64,000 bases of DNA, from assembly GCA_028286605.1 (NCBI GenBank), contig JAQBRE010000007.1:44537-108536 (forward strand), read 5' to 3'. The stretch's first letter is position 1. Each line of letters begins with the position of its first letter. The notes beneath the pieces are model-generated. The model made no database searches. It was given only the letters and a program-made list of their open reading frames with translations, and was not told where the DNA came from. Positions 44,922 to 52,711 of the stretch are shown in pieces. The position numbers and the translations under genes were made by a program. Origin of the DNA: Parcubacteria group bacterium (GTDB lineage Bacteria; Patescibacteriota; Minisyncoccia; Phycocordibacterales; Phycocordibacteraceae).

Positions 44922-45161
44922 TTAGCTCGTTGATTTTCCGCAGGCCGCTTCGGCCTGGCGCAGCTGGGATCGGAATCCTGCGATGATCGAGCGCACGTTA
45001 GCAGGAATCGGAATCTCATTCATCCTCGCCTTAGCGATCGCGTTGCTCATTTGATCCAGATCTGTTTCAAGATGAGCAAGCGTATATCCGATCAGCTGAT
45101 TTCCCTCTAGAGGGTTTTGTTGGATTTCCAAGATCTGATCGTGCAGACCGACTTTTAGCAT
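44922..45161 (-). CDS. Small hypothetical protein (79 aa) between dnaE and thrS
   Basis: ORF in the dnaE-thrS co-directional gap. No recognisable motif. Confidence 0.4.
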   Translation of the reverse strand: MLKVGLHDQILEIQQNPLEGNQLIGYTLAHLETDLDQMSNAIAKARMNEIPIPANVRSIIAGFRSQLRQAEAACGKSTS

Positions 45162-45228
45162 CGTTACATTTCCTCAAGCTGTTGATGTGCTGTTCAGTAC
45201 TATATATAACACGAATTGTGATTAATGT

Positions 45229-48200
45229 CTATTCGCTCGTAAGAAGCTTCATGTTTTCTATGGAAAGAGAGGTTTCGCCATTGCGACCGGAAACGGTCGC
45301 CTTGATAAGCAGACAATTACCGACGACGATCGATCCAACATGATCCTTGTAGATCTTTGGGAAGACGACTCCTTCGATAGAGTCAGTCTTGTCTTCGAAT
45401 TTAACGAACGCCATCTTGTCGCCCTTCTTGGTGAGCACGGTGCGAACTTCGGTAACGAGTACAGGAAGAATGACGGGGCGGCCAGCTTGCGCTTCGGCAC
45501 GAAGCGATGCAATGGTGGCATTTGCCTTTGCCATCGAAGCTTCATGCGCGTCGAGCGGGTGACCCGAGATATAGATGCCAAGCAGATCTTTCTCCCAAAT
45601 GAGCTGTTCGGTGAGCGACGTCGTTTCCGTTGAAGGAGGAAGCGAAAGTATCGGTGCAGCCATCATGCCACCGAAGAGGGAATCTTGTGGCGCCTCGCTT
45701 GTCGCGTCGCGATGGAAGGCGAGCAATGTTTCGATATGCACGAGCAGGTGACGACGTGCGCTGAAGCGGTCGAGCGCGCCGCACTTTATAAGTGACTCCA
45801 GTGATTTCCTGTTGAGGCTCTTGTTTGCGACGCGCGAAAGGAAATCGGCGAGCGAAACGAACGTGCCGCGCGCATTGCGTTCGGAAAGGATCGCTTCGCT
45901 GATGCCTTCGCCGAAGTTCTTGATAGTGGTGAGACCGAAACGGATGCCGTCTATCGGACCGCCTTCCGTTGTCGCAACCACCGTGAAATCTGTGCCACTC
46001 TCGTTTACGTCCGGCGGAAGGACAGGGATGCCGAGGCGCTCGCACTCTGCGACGAAGGTCGCGATGGATTCGGTGTCGCCCGCATCGGCCGTAAGAACGG
46101 CCGCCATGTACTCCACCGGATAATTCGCTTTCATGTACGCGGTCTGATATGCGACCTTTCCGTAGCAGGCAGCATGCGCCTTATTGAAACCGTACGCAGC
46201 GAACGGCTCGATAAGCTTCCAGATGCGCTCGGACTTTTCCTGCGAAAGCTTTCCGAAATCCTTGAACCCGTCGAGCAGCTTCTGCTTCTGTGCCTCCATT
46301 TCCGCCGGAATCTTCTTTCCCATTGCCTTACGAAGCGTGTCTGCCTCAAGCCAGGAATAGCCGCCGAGGTTGATGGCGGTGAGGAGCACGTCATCCTGAT
46401 ATACGAGCAGGCCGTACGAGAAATCAAGATAATCTTTCATGCGCTCATCCATGTAGCTGATGAGCTTCGGATTATGCTTGCGTTCGATGTATTGCGGAAT
46501 CGTTTCCATCGGACCCGGACGATACAAGGCAACCATGGCGTTGATGTCATGAATAGTGGAAGGACGGAGCTCCTTCAGGTAGCGCGTCATGCCGGAACCG
46601 TTCAGCTGGAAGAGGCCTTCGGTGTCGCCGCGTGCGAGCATGGCGAATGTCTTCTCATCATCGATAGGCACGGTCTCGATATCGATATACATGCCGCGCG
46701 TTTCGCGCACGCGATCGATAGCGTCGGAAAGGATGGCGAGGTTCTTGATGCCGAGGAAGTCGAATTTAAGAAGGCCAGCGTCTTCCACGGCATGCATGTC
46801 GTACTGCGTAATAAGCTTGCCGGTTTTTTGGTCAACCTGCAGCGGTGTCCAGTCAGTAAGCGGCGTCGGAGCGATAACCACGCCGGCAGCGTGCACGCCC
46901 GTGTGTCGCGCACAGCCCTCGATCCGCTGCGCGAGATCTATGATTTCCTTCACATCATCATCTTCGGCATATAGCTCTTTCAGTTCAGGTTCCAGTTCGA
47001 GCGCGCGCTTGATGGTCATTGGGAAACCCTGCGAGCCCATAGGGATGAGCTTCGCGATACGGTCGCCGGTGCCATACGCATGACCGAGTGCGCGACTGAC
47101 GTCGCGCACTGCAGCGCGCGCCATCATCGTTCCGAACGTGCCGATCTGCGCGACGTGATCTTCGCCATACTTCCGTTTCGCATACGCGATCATCTCGTCG
47201 CGGCGATTATCGGCGAAGTCCATGTCGATATCCGGTGCCTTCGGACGTTCAGGGTTCAGGAAGCGTTCGAAGGGAAGCTTGTATAAAAGAGGATCCACGT
47301 TCGTGATGCCAGTAAGGTACGAAACAAGCGAGCCGGCGGCCGAACCGCGCGTAGTAGTGAGGATGCCGCTGTTCTTCGCAAAGGTAAGAAGATCCGACAC
47401 GCACAGGAAGTACGGCGCGAAGCCTTTGCCAATGATGATATCCAGCTCGTAATCCATGCGCTTCTGCACTTCTTCCGTAAGCTCCAGGCCGCGCATCGAA
47501 AGGCCATCCATCGTCTTCTTGCGCAGCTCTGATTCATGAGTCGCCCCTTCCGGCACCTCGATGTTAGGGAAGTTCCAGCTGCCGAGTTCCAGCGTTACGT
47601 TGCAGCGCTCCGCGATTTCACCCGAACGCTCAACCGCCCCTGGCACACCCCTGAACCACTCGAGCATCTGCTTTTCCGTAACGAAAGAGAAGTCCTCTTC
47701 ATCGTTCGCGGTGCGGCCGCCGTACGCGATACGTCGCATCACTTCTGTCGCCTCGCGATCGTCCGATTTCAGATAATACACATCATGCTGCGCCACTACC
47801 GGCACGCCCGCTTTTTCGCCGAGCGCGATTATTTTCTTCATGCGCTCTTCGTGTCCTGCCGCTTTCGGGTGGTGCGTGATTTCAAGGAACAAGTTTCCTT
47901 TGCCGAATATGCTTTGATATTCGGCGAGTGCCGCAGCGGCGCCATTCGCATCGCCCGCCGCAAACAAACGTGATACATCTCCGGCGAAAGAAGGAATGAT
48001 CGCGATGATTCCTTCGCTATGCGCACGTAGTAATTCGCGATCCATGCGCGGCTTCTCGAAGAACCCCTCGGTGTACGCAAGGCTCACGAGTTTCAATAGA
48101 TTCTTATACCCCGCATTATTTTCTGCGAGCAGTACGATGCGCGTACGCTTCGCATCCTGCTGCGGGTCTTTATCGAACCTGCTGCGTGGCGCGAGATACG

Positions 48201-48402
48201 CATCCACGCCAAGTACGGGATTCAGTCCTTTCTTTTTCGCGATCTGATAGAAGTCCACGGCGCCATGCATGTTGCCGGCATCCGTTAATGCGAGCGCTGG
48301 CATGTCGGCATCCTTCGCCGCTTTCACGAGTTCTGGTATCTTCGGGAGCGCCTCCAAGAAGGAATAGTGCGAGTGTGTATGGAGGTGTACGAAACGGCTC
48401 AT
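45229..48402 (-). CDS. dnaE: DNA polymerase III alpha subunit
   Basis: PHP-domain N-terminus MSRFVHLHTHSHYSFLEALPKIPELVKAAKDADMPALALTDAGNMHGA. Length 1057 aa. Confidence 0.95.
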   Translation of the reverse strand: MSRFVHLHTHSHYSFLEALPKIPELVKAAKDADMPALALTDAGNMHGAVDFYQIAKKKGLNPVLGVDAYLAPRSRFDKDPQQDAKRTRIVLLAENNAGYKNLLKLVSLAYTEGFFEKPRMDRELLRAHSEGIIAIIPSFAGDVSRLFAAGDANGAAAALAEYQSIFGKGNLFLEITHHPKAAGHEERMKKIIALGEKAGVPVVAQHDVYYLKSDDREATEVMRRIAYGGRTANDEEDFSFVTEKQMLEWFRGVPGAVERSGEIAERCNVTLELGSWNFPNIEVPEGATHESELRKKTMDGLSMRGLELTEEVQKRMDYELDIIIGKGFAPYFLCVSDLLTFAKNSGILTTTRGSAAGSLVSYLTGITNVDPLLYKLPFERFLNPERPKAPDIDMDFADNRRDEMIAYAKRKYGEDHVAQIGTFGTMMARAAVRDVSRALGHAYGTGDRIAKLIPMGSQGFPMTIKRALELEPELKELYAEDDDVKEIIDLAQRIEGCARHTGVHAAGVVIAPTPLTDWTPLQVDQKTGKLITQYDMHAVEDAGLLKFDFLGIKNLAILSDAIDRVRETRGMYIDIETVPIDDEKTFAMLARGDTEGLFQLNGSGMTRYLKELRPSTIHDINAMVALYRPGPMETIPQYIERKHNPKLISYMDERMKDYLDFSYGLLVYQDDVLLTAINLGGYSWLEADTLRKAMGKKIPAEMEAQKQKLLDGFKDFGKLSQEKSERIWKLIEPFAAYGFNKAHAACYGKVAYQTAYMKANYPVEYMAAVLTADAGDTESIATFVAECERLGIPVLPPDVNESGTDFTVVATTEGGPIDGIRFGLTTIKNFGEGISEAILSERNARGTFVSLADFLSRVANKSLNRKSLESLIKCGALDRFSARRHLLVHIETLLAFHRDATSEAPQDSLFGGMMAAPILSLPPSTETTSLTEQLIWEKDLLGIYISGHPLDAHEASMAKANATIASLRAEAQAGRPVILPVLVTEVRTVLTKKGDKMAFVKFEDKTDSIEGVVFPKIYKDHVGSIVVGNCLLIKATVSGRNGETSLSIENMKLLTSE

Positions 48403-48449
48403 TACCCTAAGGATACCAAATTACAGGTTGCCTGTTATCCTCATAACAA

Positions 48450-49040
48450 ATGGCCTATATAGTAGGAATCGACGAAGCAGGACGCGGCCCGCTGGCAGGG
48501 CCGGTAAGCGTCGGCGTGGTGAAAGTCGCTGAAGGATACGACCTGCTCGAAGTCTTCCCAGGCCTCAACGATTCGAAGAAACTATCGGAGAAGAAACGCG
48601 AAGCGATTTTCATAAAGCTCCAGGAAGAAATAAAGAAAGGGAACGTGCAGGCGATCGTCTGCCTTTCAAGCGAGAAGATAATAGATGAGAAGGGAATCGC
48701 GTTCGCCGTGCGAAGCGCGCTCGCACGTGGCGTGCGTAAACTCATGCCGAATCCGGAAGAAGGAAAAGTCTTTCTTGATGGTTCCCTGAAAGCTCCGCCG
48801 GAATATATTCAGGAGACCATCATCGGCGGCGACGCTATTATTCCAGCCATCATGCTCGCCTCCGTCGCAGCGAAAGTGACGCGCGACCGACTCATGAAAA
48901 AGCTCGCGCTCGAGCATCCGCTCTACGGATTCGAGGTTCACAAAGGATACGGAACTCTCGCTCATATGAATGCACTCCGTACCCACGGCCTCTGCGCTAT
49001 CCACCGTGCGACCTTTATTCATCTTGACCGTACCAAGTAA
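48450..49040 (+). CDS. rnhB: Ribonuclease HII
   Basis: MAYIVGIDEAGRGPLAGPVSVGVV matches the RNase HII N-terminal catalytic motif. Confidence 0.9.
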   Translation: MAYIVGIDEAGRGPLAGPVSVGVVKVAEGYDLLEVFPGLNDSKKLSEKKREAIFIKLQEEIKKGNVQAIVCLSSEKIIDEKGIAFAVRSALARGVRKLMPNPEEGKVFLDGSLKAPPEYIQETIIGGDAIIPAIMLASVAAKVTRDRLMKKLALEHPLYGFEVHKGYGTLAHMNALRTHGLCAIHRATFIHLDRTK

Positions 49041-49842
49041 CGGAGCTACGCTACGAGCTTGTTCATTGGGAGAGAAAATCGTGGGTATGCTCGTAGAAGC
49101 AAAAGCAAAATCAGAGCAAGTCGCAGTCCTTCATTGCGGCAAGTGCAAGAGCGGTAATGGAGGTAGTTGCAGGAATGGAAGCAGTATCGAGGTTTTCTGT
49201 ACTGTTTCTCAGGAAGTGCTTGGTTTCTTATGGCTGCCGATAGTCTACGCTCGGGACTGCAGCGGTCCCACGTTCATGCGTGAACGTTTAATGCGCATCG
49301 TCCTTCAGGATGGTCGTACCGAAACGACACCGCCCGACTCTTAGTCGCGGCGGTGTTTCTACATATACAAACTGGAAAGGCCGCCACGCTAGCGCGCGTG
49401 GCGGCCTTTCGTGTGCCGTAAGAACGACACACGGGGAGGAACCTACAAGGACAGGGGATGTCCGAGGTTCGGGGAACATGTTCCCGGAATGCGACACCTA
49501 TACGGGAATGCCCACGCAGGGTGTCGCATCAAGCGAAACTAGCCAGGGTCGTAGTGCGGGTCGTGATAGTCATCGTTGTTCCGTTTGGATCGATTCGTCT
49601 CCTTCAGGCAGGAGTTTGACGCAGCACGGCAGTTGTACTTCTTCATAGGACACATCCTATTAAAGACCCCAATGTATTAAAGTGCTCTCCAGAATGAGGC
49701 GCTAGCGCCACCCCAGCCAGGTACCGAGTCATCGAGAAACTCTCGTCGGTAATTCCTTTCTACCACCTATATATGGCCTAGGGAAGAGGCGCCTCAGGGA
49801 CAGTACTTCCTCTTTTTAAGGCCCTGTGGTACGGTATCTTCT

Positions 49843-50193
49843 ATGTCAGTACGAATGCGCCACACCAGTTCCCACACCAAGAATCGCCGCAGCCACCACG
49901 CGCTTGCAGCGACGAACCTCGTTACCGATAAGGAGTCCGGCGCGTTGCGCCTTCCTCATCGCCTCGACGAGTCCACCGGCATGTACCGTGGCAAGCAGAT
50001 CGTCTCTCCTAAGGTAATGAAGCAGGAAGCGAAGCACGAGAAGAAAGTAGAGAAGCACAACAAGGAGCACATTCATGCAGAAGGCGCGAAGGAGCCGATT
50101 CACTCAGACAAGGAAGACAAGAAGACGGGTCTCATGGGTCGCATGACTCTCGGAAAAGCGAAGAGCCGTTCTGGTTTCGGAGGCGGGGTTTAG
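49843..50193 (+). CDS. rpmF: 50S ribosomal protein L32 with long Lys/His-rich C-terminal extension
   Basis: [54 protein letters not shown] matches the L32 family. An extra tail of about 60 aa follows. Confidence 0.8.
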   Translation: MSVRMRHTSSHTKNRRSHHALAATNLVTDKESGALRLPHRLDESTGMYRGKQIVSPKVMKQEAKHEKKVEKHNKEHIHAEGAKEPIHSDKEDKKTGLMGRMTLGKAKSRSGFGGGV

Positions 50194-50215
50194 TTAGAGA
50201 AGAGCACAGCAAAAA

Positions 50216-50270
50216 AATAAAAGAGGGTAAGACTTGGCCGAGCGGCCCGGAGCGCCCTCTTTTATTTTTG
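50216..50270 (+). terminator. Terminator hairpin after rpmF
   Basis: aaaagagggtaagacttggccgagcggcccggagcgccctctttt followed by atttttg. Confidence 0.6.
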
Positions 50271-50289
50271 TTGCAAGCGAAAGTTATGC

Positions 50290-50324
50290 ACAACGCCGCG
50301 CCATTGCGCGGCGTTGTTGTTTGC
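50290..50324 (+). terminator. Second perfect hairpin plus U-tract, 30 nt upstream of the nusB start (possible attenuator)
   Basis: acaacgccgcgc-cat-tgcgcggcgttgt followed by tgtttg. Confidence 0.55.
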
Positions 50325-50352
50325 CGTAGTCTACATACATAGCTCTTTCCAT

Positions 50353-51285
50353 ATGGCCAACCGCCACTTAGCCCGTTCCGTCGTACTGCAGTCACTCTTC
50401 GAGTGGGATACTTCTCATGCGGAAGAATCAGCAGTGCCGGAGATGCTCGCACGTAACGTCGAAGAATTCGGCGGCGAGGATACGGATAAGGTTTTTATGG
50501 AAAGCCTCCTCACCGGCGTACTCGCGAAACGCGCAGACCTAGATCTCGTTATAGGGAAAGCCGCGCCTGATTGGCCCATCGACAAGATTGCACCCGTAGA
50601 CCGAAACATCCTTCGCATAGGGCTTTTCGAGCTTCTGTTCGCAGACCGTACGCAGGTTCCGGCAAAAGTGGCTATCAACGAAGCGATTGAGCTCGCAAAG
50701 GTATTCGGCGGTGAATCATCGGGCCGTTTCGTGAACGGCGTGCTCGGTGCCGTGTACAAGGAAATGGGCGAGCCAGGCAAAGACGAAGTGGGGAAGAAGG
50801 AAAAGGTGCGTCGCGAAGATCTGCCGCTTCAGCGCCTCGGTGGCGCCATCGTATATGCGAAGCACGAAGGACAATATTTCCTTGCGCTCGTGCATGACGT
50901 CTTCGGACACTGGACTCTTTCCAAAGGAAAGATTGGTGATGCGCCTGAGATCGCAGAAGAGACGGCAGAGGAAGGGACTATTCGCGAGATCAAAGAAGAG
51001 CTCGGTCTCGACATTGTCATAAAGGCGAAGATCGGCGAGAACGAATATATCGCTTCGCATCCTGAAAAAGGAAAGATGCGTAAGCGCGTCACGTATTTCC
51101 TTGCAGAATCTCCATATGAAGAGCTGTTGCTTGAAAAGAAGGGAGGCCTCGATGATGCGCGCTGGTTCCGCCTGCAGGATATCCTCGATCTTAATTTTTA
51201 TGACGACATGCTGCCGATAGTAACGGCTGCCGTGCAGCAACTCCTTGATCGCTCGGCTACGGAGAAAGAAAAGATTCACGCATAG
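50353..51285 (+). CDS. nusB: NusB antitermination factor fused to a C-terminal NUDIX hydrolase domain
   Basis: N-terminal half HLARSVVLQSLFEWD ... RNILRIGLFELLF ... GESSGRFVNGVLGAV (NusB). C-terminal half GKIGDAPEIAEETAEEGTIREIKEELGL (Nudix box G.5E.7REUxEExGU). Confidence 0.8.
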   Translation: MANRHLARSVVLQSLFEWDTSHAEESAVPEMLARNVEEFGGEDTDKVFMESLLTGVLAKRADLDLVIGKAAPDWPIDKIAPVDRNILRIGLFELLFADRTQVPAKVAINEAIELAKVFGGESSGRFVNGVLGAVYKEMGEPGKDEVGKKEKVRREDLPLQRLGGAIVYAKHEGQYFLALVHDVFGHWTLSKGKIGDAPEIAEETAEEGTIREIKEELGLDIVIKAKIGENEYIASHPEKGKMRKRVTYFLAESPYEELLLEKKGGLDDARWFRLQDILDLNFYDDMLPIVTAAVQQLLDRSATEKEKIHA

Positions 51286-51290
51286 ATAAA

Positions 51291-51318
51291 AGAAAAACGA
51301 CCTTTCGGCCGTTTTTCT
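51291..51318. terminator. Bidirectional terminator-like hairpin
   Basis: aaaaacgacc-tttc-ggccgttttt. Confidence 0.55.
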
Positions 51319-51405
51319 CGATCCCTCCGCTCTATAGAGCGAGTGCATCCCTCATCGCTTACGATTATATTCCCCTCACCTTATCGCGTCAACACACCAT
51401 AGGTT

Positions 51406-51478
51406 GTGCCGGTGGAGGGACTTGAACCCTCAGAGGGATCTTGATGAGGGACGCCTCCGCAACCTGCCACCGACTGGG
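51406..51478 (-). other. tRNA-like T-arm plus acceptor element (non-canonical tRNA, tRNA remnant or tRNA-like ncRNA)
   Basis: The minus-strand RNA reads gtcggtg...gaggg-ttcaagt-ccctc-caccggc-a. There is a perfect T-stem with a T-loop-like TTCAAGT and a 7-bp acceptor pairing (one G-U). The span is only about 68 nt and I could not fold a D arm or anticodon arm. Confidence 0.3.
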
Positions 51479-51574
51479 GAAGGTTAGCAAAAAGGTGTTC
51501 AAGGAGTCTTAAACAAAAGATACAGAAATCCTGAACTCTGGTAATTATTCGATTTTTATATAGGCTACAGGTAT

Positions 51575-52264
51575 ATGGCTGACTTCGTCACCGCGCAGGC
51601 CCATCTGGGGCTTACCTTCAAGAACCTCGATCTCCTCGAGGAGGCTTTGACGCACCGTTCGTACCTGAACGAACACAAGACCTCCAAGGCGCACAACGAG
51701 CGCCTTGAGTTCCTTGGTGATGCGGTTCTTGAGCTCGCCACCACGCACTTCCTTTTCACTCGATTCCCCGGCAAGCCGGAAGGAGACCTCACTGCATATC
51801 GCGCGGCGCTCGTGAACACGTTCTCGCTGGCGGACACTGCCGAACTCATCGGCCTGAACGACCTCCTCCTTCTTTCGAAAGGCGAGAGCAAAGATACCGG
51901 CCGTGCGCGTCAGATAATCCTTGCGAATGCATTCGAAGCCGTGCTCGGCGCAATCTATATGGATCAGGGATACGAAGCCGCAGAAGCATTCGTCGCGAAG
52001 CATCTGTACGGAAAGATCGATGATGTGCTTGCGAACCGCACGTGGCAGGACGCGAAGAGTCGCTTCCAGGAAGCTGCTCAGGAAAAGAAAAGCGTGACAC
52101 CTCTGTATAAGACGCTCAATGAGACCGGTCCGGATCACGATAAGAAGTTCACGGTCGGCGTGTTTCTTGGAACGAAGGATGAAGTCGCGCAGGGCGAAGG
52201 GAAGAGCAAGCAGGAAGCAGAACAGGACGCAGCGCAGAACGCGCTCGCGAAAACCGGTTGGTAG
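51575..52264 (+). CDS. rnc: Ribonuclease III
   Basis: HRSYLNEHKTSKAHNERLEFLGDAVLELATT (RNase III signature ERLEFLGDA) and a C-terminal dsRBD. Confidence 0.9.
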   Translation: MADFVTAQAHLGLTFKNLDLLEEALTHRSYLNEHKTSKAHNERLEFLGDAVLELATTHFLFTRFPGKPEGDLTAYRAALVNTFSLADTAELIGLNDLLLLSKGESKDTGRARQIILANAFEAVLGAIYMDQGYEAAEAFVAKHLYGKIDDVLANRTWQDAKSRFQEAAQEKKSVTPLYKTLNETGPDHDKKFTVGVFLGTKDEVAQGEGKSKQEAEQDAAQNALAKTGW

Positions 52265-52336
52265 ACAATTTCTATTTTTCGGGCATAGTGTTTCAGGACT
52301 GACACCAACCGCTCGCACGCGAGCAGGAGGATTTCA

Positions 52337-52642
52337 ATGGAACACCTTACGCCGCTGCTTGAGTTCGTAAAGAAGCAATGGTTCCTGCGTCTCACCATAA
52401 TTTTCCTGATCGCGCTTACCGCAGGGCTCATTTACGAGCTTGCCCTGCAGGCACTGTTTGCTCTTGGATGGGTCACGCAGATCGGCAGTATCCTGCTGGT
52501 CATCAAGATTCTCCAGATTCTCATGGCAACGATGCTGGGCGTGATCGCTGCAATCGCGATGCTGCGCCGTAACGAGTACTTGTGCGCGATGGTGCCGCTT
52601 GTGATTGCGTTTCCTGTGATCACGCTTGCATGGATCGTCTGA
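52337..52642 (+). CDS. Small hydrophobic membrane protein (101 aa), hypothetical
   Basis: Three predicted TM segments. A terminator lies at 52655-52690. Confidence 0.45.
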   Translation: MEHLTPLLEFVKKQWFLRLTIIFLIALTAGLIYELALQALFALGWVTQIGSILLVIKILQILMATMLGVIAAIAMLRRNEYLCAMVPLVIAFPVITLAWIV

Positions 52643-52654
52643 ACAAACGGAATA

Positions 52655-52690
52655 GCCCCTCCCTTAAGAAAGGAGGGGCATCGTTTTATC
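52655..52690 (+). terminator. Rho-independent terminator
   Basis: gcccctcc-cttaagaaa-ggaggggc followed by atcgtttta. Confidence 0.6.
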
Positions 52691-52711
52691 CGTACGGTAT
52701 ACTAGGTACAA

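Noticed and set aside
46174-47083. Plus-strand ORFs inside dnaE. Similar ones occur in rnr (56054..57211), pheS (32428..33162 on the minus strand), the GT2 gene (31461..32126), trmD (59444..60034 on the minus strand), rplY (22686..23405 on the minus strand) and pfkB (20531..21073)
   Set aside because: They are antisense or out-of-frame to genes with strong family signatures and have no independent motif.
49310-49648. ORF beginning MVVPKRHRPTLSRGG, reminiscent of the L32 N-terminus (MAVPKR..)
   Set aside because: Only about 8 residues resemble L32. The ORF runs through several strong hairpins and overlaps another small ORF. A genuine L32 lies at 49843. It is likely coincidental.
49345-49842. 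tmRNA / RNase P RNA / SRP RNA in the long non-coding stretch
   Set aside because: By eye I could not find the diagnostic blocks. There is no tRNA-like 3' end with CCACCA for tmRNA, no GGAAAGUCCGG or ACAGAACCCGGCUUA for RNase P, and no domain-IV GGAA/AGCAG motif for SRP. It is left as an unassigned structured region; a covariance-model scan is needed.
51406-51478. tRNA-like element as attL/attR duplication of the tRNA-Thr at 30304 (genomic-island boundary)
   Set aside because: The T-arm and acceptor sequences differ (GAGGG/CACCGGC against CCCAG/AGGCGGC). No integrase or recombinase gene is present in the 21 kb between them.
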